Source: a virus
Taxonomy: Duplodnaviria > Caudoviricetes
Strand: one strand, 5' to 3'
DNA: 41,458 nucleotides
IMG/VR virus record: IMGVR_UViG_3300039916_000022
Coordinates: 1 to 41,458 of that record
Positions 36,424 to 41,458 of the stretch are shown in pieces. Each line of letters opens with the position of its first letter. Positions within the stretch are counted from its first letter, which is position 1. Position numbers and translations under genes: made by a program. Under the pieces are notes generated by a model, which searched no databases, was not told where the DNA came from, and saw only the letters and a list, made by a program, of their open reading frames with translations.

Positions 36424-37791
36424 ATGGCCAGATTGGGCTCTCTCGCCGCCTACCGTGCCCAGCAGCGTGCCCGTGCCGTCGGCGCGGGGCTGGTGGGGGC
36501 GTTCCCCAAGGTCTCCCTGATCGCCTATCTGGGCGACAGCATCACCAACCAGCACGGCGTCTATACGGACGACACCCAGGTCAAGGTTTTCAGCCTCCGT
36601 GGCCGGCTCCACGCCCTGATGTCGGACCCCGAGCTGAGCCGCGCCATGTATGTGGACGGGCGGCTGAACTTCGGCATCTCGGGCGAGACCTCCACGCAGA
36701 TCCTGGCCCGCACGCCGGCCGCGATCGCCACCGCCCGGGCCATGGGCGCCCAAGCCTTCGACCTGATGGCCGGAACCAACGATGTCGGCACGGATATCGA
36801 GACCGTCTGGTCGAACCTGACCCAGATCTGCCAGTTGATCCTGGACGCCGGGTTCGGGCTGAACTTCTGGTCCATCCTCCAGCGCAGCAACGCCCGCTGG
36901 CAGGATGCGGTGACGGCCGGCACCATCACCCAGGCCGCGGTCGATGCCGAGAAGACCAAGAACGAGGCGATCCGGCTCCGGCAGATCATCTACGCGGCCG
37001 GCAAGCCCAGGGTCCGCCACATCGATCCCGTCCCGGCGATGAACGATCCGGCCTATGACCGCTGCGCCCGGGCCGAGTATTTCGTGGACGGCCTGCATCC
37101 GAACATCCTGGGCGGCTTCGTCATGGCCGGTGTGGCCAAGCCGGTCTACAGGCCGCTGCTTGCGCCGCCGACCCTGGATCTGGCCGCCACCACCGATATC
37201 CTCCTGACCAATCCGCATCTTACGGGCACGGGCGGCGTCGTGGGGCTGGATGTACAGGCCGGCAGTTCCATCCCGACCGGCTGGTCCGCGCAGCGCACGC
37301 GCGGCCAGACGAAGGACAGCGGCACCCTGACCATCTACGAGGAGGCGTCGGATGACGGCGTGTCCGACAGCTGGCGGGTGATGGATTTCCAGAACTATCT
37401 GCGCGCCGCCGCCGACGGCAACGAGAACTGGGCCATCCAGCAGCAGATCCTGCTCAGCAGCGGGAAATACGTCCCCGGCGATGTCCTCGAACTCACCGCC
37501 GAGGCGCGGCTGTGGTCGCACAATGGCAATCTGATCGGCATCAGCGCCAACATCAGCGAGACGGATGGCACCCTCCAGCGGGTGAACTGGTCGTCGCAAG
37601 GCACCATCGGCCAGTACTGGCCGACCGACACCCGGCGTCTGCTGCTTACGGCACCGCGCTGTATCGTCAGACCGAACAGCGGCGCTGGCACGCCCGCAGC
37701 GACGATCCAGCTCGTGGTGCAGGGCGACGTGCGCACCGCCTTCACCGGCAAGATCGGCTTCCGCCGCGTGCGGGTGCGGAAGATCGCCTGA
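36424..37791 (+). CDS. SGNH/GDSL hydrolase, putative virion-associated polysaccharide esterase
   Basis: Blocks LGDSIT, NFGISG, AGTND and DGLHP; beta-rich C-terminal domain. Confidence 0.85.
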   Translation: MARLGSLAAYRAQQRARAVGAGLVGAFPKVSLIAYLGDSITNQHGVYTDDTQVKVFSLRGRLHALMSDPELSRAMYVDGRLNFGISGETSTQILARTPAAIATARAMGAQAFDLMAGTNDVGTDIETVWSNLTQICQLILDAGFGLNFWSILQRSNARWQDAVTAGTITQAAVDAEKTKNEAIRLRQIIYAAGKPRVRHIDPVPAMNDPAYDRCARAEYFVDGLHPNILGGFVMAGVAKPVYRPLLAPPTLDLAATTDILLTNPHLTGTGGVVGLDVQAGSSIPTGWSAQRTRGQTKDSGTLTIYEEASDDGVSDSWRVMDFQNYLRAAADGNENWAIQQQILLSSGKYVPGDVLELTAEARLWSHNGNLIGISANISETDGTLQRVNWSSQGTIGQYWPTDTRRLLLTAPRCIVRPNSGAGTPAATIQLVVQGDVRTAFTGKIGFRRVRVRKIA

Positions 37792-37839
37792 TTGTCCGGC
37801 CGCTCTCCGAACGCCGATCCACCGCAGGAGCCACCCAGG

Positions 37840-38274
37840 ATGCGGTTCAACCCCGAGGTCAACTACGGCGCCCTGTTGCAGGCCGCCGTCGTGGCGGTCG
37901 GTGCCGTCTTCGGCTACGCCGCCCTCAGCAACCAGTCCTCCCAGACGGCGCGCGACCTGGCCGCCACGCGCGTCGAGTTCAAGGAGGCACTGGGCAACCT
38001 GGAGAAATCGGTTTCATCCTCCTCGGCCCGCACCGAGGCGAAGATGGATGCCGGGCTGAACGCCATCCAGTCCCAGATCCGCGACCTGCCGAACATGGGC
38101 GCCGAGGTGACGCAGCTGCAGCGGCGCATGCTGGCGCAGGAGCAGTCGCAGGCGAACCAGGACCAGCGCATCGCCGAGCAGGACCGGCGGATCACCGAGA
38201 TCGCCGCCGACCTGCGGAGCGTGACCCGCTCGTCCCAGATGCCGCTGCCGCAGCCGGGGCGGGCAAGGCAATGA
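37840..38274 (+). CDS. Putative i-spanin-like membrane-anchored coiled-coil protein
   Basis: One N-terminal TM helix followed by a long coiled coil; overlaps a lipoprotein gene. Confidence 0.5.
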   Translation: MRFNPEVNYGALLQAAVVAVGAVFGYAALSNQSSQTARDLAATRVEFKEALGNLEKSVSSSSARTEAKMDAGLNAIQSQIRDLPNMGAEVTQLQRRMLAQEQSQANQDQRIAEQDRRITEIAADLRSVTRSSQMPLPQPGRARQ

Positions 38275-38540
38275 TCCGCCCGGCGCTGGCACTCCTGCTG
38301 CTGGTCGGCTGCGCGGAGGCGCCGGAGCCGGTGACCGTCGCGGCCCGGCCGGAGGTGCCGGCGAGGCTGCGCTCCTGCCCGCCGGGTGTGGCAGCCCCTG
38401 CGCCGCCCCGCGCGCCCCGGACGCCTGAGCAGCTGGCCGCCTGGGGGATCGCCGCGGAACGGGCCCGGGCCCGGACCGAGGTGGCACGCGTGGAGTGTGA
38501 GCGACGGCTGAGGGAACTGACTGCCTACGCGCGGGATTAG
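38271..38540 (+). CDS. Putative o-spanin lipoprotein (Rz1-like)
   Basis: MIRPALALLLLVGC lipobox; Pro-rich; additional Cys residues. Confidence 0.65.
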   Translation: MIRPALALLLLVGCAEAPEPVTVAARPEVPARLRSCPPGVAAPAPPRAPRTPEQLAAWGIAAERARARTEVARVECERRLRELTAYARD

Positions 38541-38737
38541 CGTTCTGTGCGGCCTTTATCGGCCCGAGGTCTGTGATCTGTCAGTGGCGCCCATTGGCGG
38601 GGAGTGGCTGATCCCCCGCTTGTCCCGGGGACTTCCCACTCCTCGCCGCGTCGGATGCCAATGGTAACGCCCCACTTTGGGTCGTCGATCCAAACGACCT
38701 CACGTTCCGGGGCCAGGTGCATCTCTCGCCAAGGCAT
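38537..38737 (-). CDS. Small DUF551-like protein, antisense to the late operon
   Basis: GGAGG RBS; MPWREMHLAP...W...TPRQWAPL pattern. Confidence 0.5.
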   Translation of the reverse strand: MPWREMHLAPEREVVWIDDPKWGVTIGIRRGEEWEVPGTSGGSATPRQWAPLTDHRPRADKGRTER

Positions 38738-38845
38738 TCGAGCCTCCACCGTCCGTAATGGAAATGGCTGGGGTTCGGCTCCTGGCAATTACGATAACGT
38801 ATCATCAAGCCGCGAGCGTATGTTCACAATCAGTGTGTATGGTCG

Positions 38846-38982
38846 GCCTGCGAGCGGGCCGGGCGCGACACCGGCAACTACCTCGTCCCCCCGTAGGGCT
38901 GGGGCAGCCTGCTCTCTGCCGGACTTGGGAGCGTAAGGGCAGGGAGCAGGTGGGACGGCATTCTTCCCACGTCCGCTCAGGC
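38846..38982 (+). ncRNA. Structured ncRNA repeat unit 1 (family not recognised)
   Basis: GAGCGG/CCGCTC closing stem; GCCGG-N8-CCGGC hairpin; 13-bp hairpin; GTGGGA/TCCCAC hairpin. Confidence 0.7.
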
Positions 38983-39030
38983 GTGACGGTAGGTTGCCAC
39001 CTGCTGCGGCGCAATACCTGCTTTCAATAT

Positions 39031-39165
39031 GCGAGCGGGCCGGGCGCTAATCCGGCAACCGCCTGATCCTAACGCCTCTGTCGGACCAGACGGCCTGAGC
39101 CGGGCGCAGATTGGGGCGCGTCGGATCTGGCTCAGGTGGGGCGGCTTTTTTCCCACGTCCGCCAC
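39031..39165 (+). ncRNA. Structured ncRNA repeat unit 2
   Basis: Same conserved ends and hairpins; the central stem differs in sequence but still pairs. Confidence 0.7.
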
Positions 39166-39213
39166 TGGAGCCTACGGCGCAGTTCACTGCGCTGCAACAA
39201 CAACCGCCATCTT

Positions 39214-39351
39214 CAGTGAGCGGGCCGGGCGCGACGCCGGCAACCATCGTGCCTCGATGCCTGCCAAGGCAGATGGCCTGGGCCCAGCCCGGGTTGAGGC
39301 GCGGGCCATCGGGCTCAGATGGGACGGCATTCTTCCCACGTCCGCTCGCTG
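39214..39351 (+). ncRNA. Structured ncRNA repeat unit 3
   Basis: CAGTGAGCGG/CCGCTCGCTG closing stem and the same internal architecture. Confidence 0.7.
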
Positions 39352-39434
39352 GCGACGATAGGCGGCCCGCGCGCCTCTCCGCAACGACCGTGGCCAGGGC
39401 GGATCCCTGGCATCCCTTCCACCACGAGAACCCC

Positions 39435-39977
39435 ATGAGCGCATTCGGCCAGGCCTTCGCGGTCCTGATCGTGCACGAGGGCGGCTATTCGACCGATCGC
39501 CAAGACCTGGGCAACTGGACCGGCGGCAAGGTCGGCTCGGGCACCCTCAAAGGCACAAAATACGGCATCAGCGCCGCCTCCTTCCCCACCCTCGACATCG
39601 CCAACCTGACCGTCGAGCAGGCGGGCTCGATCTACCGGGCGATGTACTGGGACCGGATGGGCTGCGACAGCCTGCCGCCCGAACTCGCCCTGCTGGTCTT
39701 CGATGCGGCGGTGAACAACGGCGTCTCGAACGCCGCGAAGTTCCTCCAGCTCTCGGTCGGGGCCACGGCGGACGGGCTGATCGGCACCGCCTCCCGCGCT
39801 GCCATCGCCAAGGCCCTGGGCAACGGCTCGCCCGAACGGGTGCAGGCCCTGTGCTCCGAGTTCCTGGCCCGGCGCCTCGTCTTCATGGCCGCGCTCTCGA
39901 CCTGGGCCCGCTACGGGCTGGGCTGGGCGCGGCGCCTCTGCGCGCTGCCGTTCCAGGCCCGCGCCTTCTTCTCCTGA
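39435..39977 (+). CDS. Endolysin, glycoside hydrolase family 108
   Basis: HEGGYSTDRQDLGNWTGG...GTKYGISAA, IYRAMYW, FDAAVNNG, DGLIG, GWARR. Confidence 0.9.
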   Translation: MSAFGQAFAVLIVHEGGYSTDRQDLGNWTGGKVGSGTLKGTKYGISAASFPTLDIANLTVEQAGSIYRAMYWDRMGCDSLPPELALLVFDAAVNNGVSNAAKFLQLSVGATADGLIGTASRAAIAKALGNGSPERVQALCSEFLARRLVFMAALSTWARYGLGWARRLCALPFQARAFFS

Positions 39978-39989
39978 AAGGACGATCCG

Positions 39990-40397
39990 ATGAACTTCAC
40001 CCTCGGTGGGGCGACCCTCACCGTCACCCTGCAGGACGTGATCCTCCTGGCCGGCCTGCTGGGCTTCGGGGCCGAGCGGCTGGCGGCCTGGCTGCGCAAC
40101 CGCCATGCCGAGGCGCTGGCGCGGATCGTGGGCATGGCCGGGCGGCTGGGGGCCGAGATCGTGGCGACCCTGGCGGCGCTGCCGGCCGGTGCCGATGCCG
40201 CGGCCGTGAAGGCGGCGCTGATCGCGCGGGGCGTGGACGAGCTGCGGCAGAGCTATGCGGGGTCGGTGCGGATCGCCAAGGCGAGCCCGGACGTGCTGGC
40301 CGGGATGATCAGCCGTGAGGCGGACAAGCTGGCCGCGCCGGCAGCGGTCGCGGTGGCACCGGAGGCAGTGCTGCAGGCGGCTGCCCTGGCCGCCTGA
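39990..40397 (+). CDS. Putative holin-like membrane protein
   Basis: AAGGA RBS; N-terminal hydrophobic helix; directly after the endolysin. Confidence 0.5.
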   Translation: MNFTLGGATLTVTLQDVILLAGLLGFGAERLAAWLRNRHAEALARIVGMAGRLGAEIVATLAALPAGADAAAVKAALIARGVDELRQSYAGSVRIAKASPDVLAGMISREADKLAAPAAVAVAPEAVLQAAALAA

Positions 40398-40400
40398 ATG

Positions 40401-40647
40401 CAGAGAGCGGGGTACGCACATCGGCCCGTCTCCGGCGTGCGTACCCCTGACCACCGATTTGCATGACCTGATCGATGGCTGAATGAGGATGTAGGGAGAG
40501 GAGAGCGGCGAAACACCGCCCGCAGGAAAGACGCAGCGGGAGCGGCGGCTGGCGAGTTGGGCTGTTGCGAAGGCGCTGGCGGGTTGAACCCAGGGGGCGG
40601 GGTACGCGCGTCACCCCGTTAGCGACGCGCGCACCCCTGACCCCGAT
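40401..40647. repeat. Two copies of a hairpin element, 190 nt apart
   Basis: CAGRGRGCGGGGTACGC...GCGYACCCCTGACC(A)CCGAT at 40401-40458 and 40591-40647. Confidence 0.75.
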
Positions 40648-40702
40648 GCCTTTCGAGGGGGCCGGGGCTGGACGGAGTGTATCGCGCTGGTGGTGCGAGG
40701 AT

Positions 40703-40734
40703 AAAGGCTGTCCGAGAGAAAGGGGCGGTTTTTT
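40703..40734 (+). terminator. Intrinsic terminator at the end of the late operon
   Basis: AAAGGCTGTCC-loop-GGGCGGTTTTTT between convergent genes. Confidence 0.6.
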
Positions 40735-40736
40735 GT

Positions 40737-41027
40737 TCAGGGCGCGGTCTTCGGCGGCCACACATACGGCGCCGGCAGCCGCTGGTGATCCAGCCACTCA
40801 TCGACCAGCCGCATGCACATGAGCATCTGCCCGTGCTGCTTGCCGTCGTAGGGGTGGCCGGGCATGCGAAGCACATTGACGGTCTGTGCCTTGGCATCGC
40901 CCCTCTCGATCCGCGCACCGCGGTATTCCCAGACGGGACCGCCGTGCTTCCCATTGGCCTCGACCTGGCGCAGTGCATGGCCGCGCTCGCGGGCGTGGGC
41001 TTCCTCGGTCTCCATGCTGCCGATCAC
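40737..41027 (-). CDS. Small unknown protein, paralog C
   Basis: GGPVWEYRGARI...NVLRMPGHPYDG...VDEW. Confidence 0.75.
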   Translation of the reverse strand: MIGSMETEEAHARERGHALRQVEANGKHGGPVWEYRGARIERGDAKAQTVNVLRMPGHPYDGKQHGQMLMCMRLVDEWLDHQRLPAPYVWPPKTAP

Positions 41028-41458
41028 TCCTCATCCGCCGGGCCTGGCAATCGGAACTGCTCCAGATCCACGCGGCCGCGCCCGCTCATGCCACGGGCGA
41101 AGATCTTCCGGAACTCGGCACCCCAGTCCACCCGCATGTGGTCGCCAGGGTCTTCCCCATAGTCGTAGTTCGTGCCCAGGCCACGGATCGGCAGCCACCA
41201 GGATCGCTCCTGCCCGGCATCCAGGTAGCGACGCAGCGCCACTGTCCAGGGCTCGACCCTGCACTCCTGGCACCGCAGCCTGGCCACCAGATCGCCCAGC
41301 GGGCGGTCCTGCCACCGCTCCGGGAATGTCTCGACCGGCCGCATGATGTTCCGGTCGCAGGGCTGGCATGAGATGCACAACAGGTAGCCGTGCCAGTCAT
41401 GGACCGGTGCGGCCAGGGCGATCCGAAGACGCCTCTCCTTGCTGACGTTGTGGGCCAT
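41024..41458 (-). CDS. Hypothetical Zn-binding protein (CQPC...CQEC)
   Basis: Two CxxC motifs; coupled (GTGA) to paralog C. Confidence 0.6.
   Translation of the reverse strand: MAHNVSKERRLRIALAAPVHDWHGYLLCISCQPCDRNIMRPVETFPERWQDRPLGDLVARLRCQECRVEPWTVALRRYLDAGQERSWWLPIRGLGTNYDYGEDPGDHMRVDWGAEFRKIFARGMSGRGRVDLEQFRLPGPADEE

Larger units (their letters stand above)
1..41458. mobile_element. Temperate HK97/lambda-like siphovirus prophage (nearly the whole window)
   Basis: Integration, immunity, replication, packaging, head, tail and lysis modules in canonical lambdoid order. Confidence 0.95.

Noticed and set aside
38823-38837. Alphaproteobacterial LexA box (GTTC-N7-GTTC) upstream of the array
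   Set aside because: The second half reads GTGT (two mismatches), too weak to call.
38846-39351. CRISPR array
   Set aside because: Units are ~130 nt with two conserved blocks around a structured variable core, not identical 25-45-nt repeats, and there are no cas genes in the window.
38846-39351. Canonical tRNA genes on the minus strand (arm order mimics acceptor-D-anticodon-variable-T)
   Set aside because: No GGTTCRA T-loop, 8-nt loops, oversized anticodon-like arm and no CCA; most G-U pairs favour the + strand.
1-41458. attL/attR direct repeats or target tRNA
   Set aside because: The window starts and ends at start codons of the terminal genes, so the flanks are not included and no terminal repeat was seen.

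Overview
The window is a near-complete temperate siphovirus-type prophage with an HK97-like head and a long non-contractile tail. High GC, a GcrA-like gene and the gene content suggest an alphaproteobacterial host, plausibly Roseomonas/Acetobacteraceae (inference). Gene order: tyrosine integrase, AlpA excisionase, leftward early genes, lambda-like immunity region (OL, low-GC two-gene cargo, cI, OR, cro), GcrA/VRR-NUC/GIY-YIG/DUF1376 replication block, putative late regulator with promoter and terminator, HNH, cos, terminase, portal, ClpP protease, capsid, tail, SGNH esterase, lysis genes. No att sites are visible because the window starts at the integrase start codon. Most notable: (1) three tandem copies (period 181-185 nt) of a ~130-nt multi-hairpin structured non-coding element inside the lysis cassette; (2) three dispersed antisense paralogs of one small unknown protein (GGPxWxYRG...LRxxGHPxDG...DxW); (3) a replication gene frameshifted in an (ACCAG)4 tract next to its iterons; (4) a DUF1828-like gene pair in the rexAB position; (5) a free-standing duplicate of the tape-measure C-terminus. 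All calls are by eye from motifs and synteny; no searches were run.
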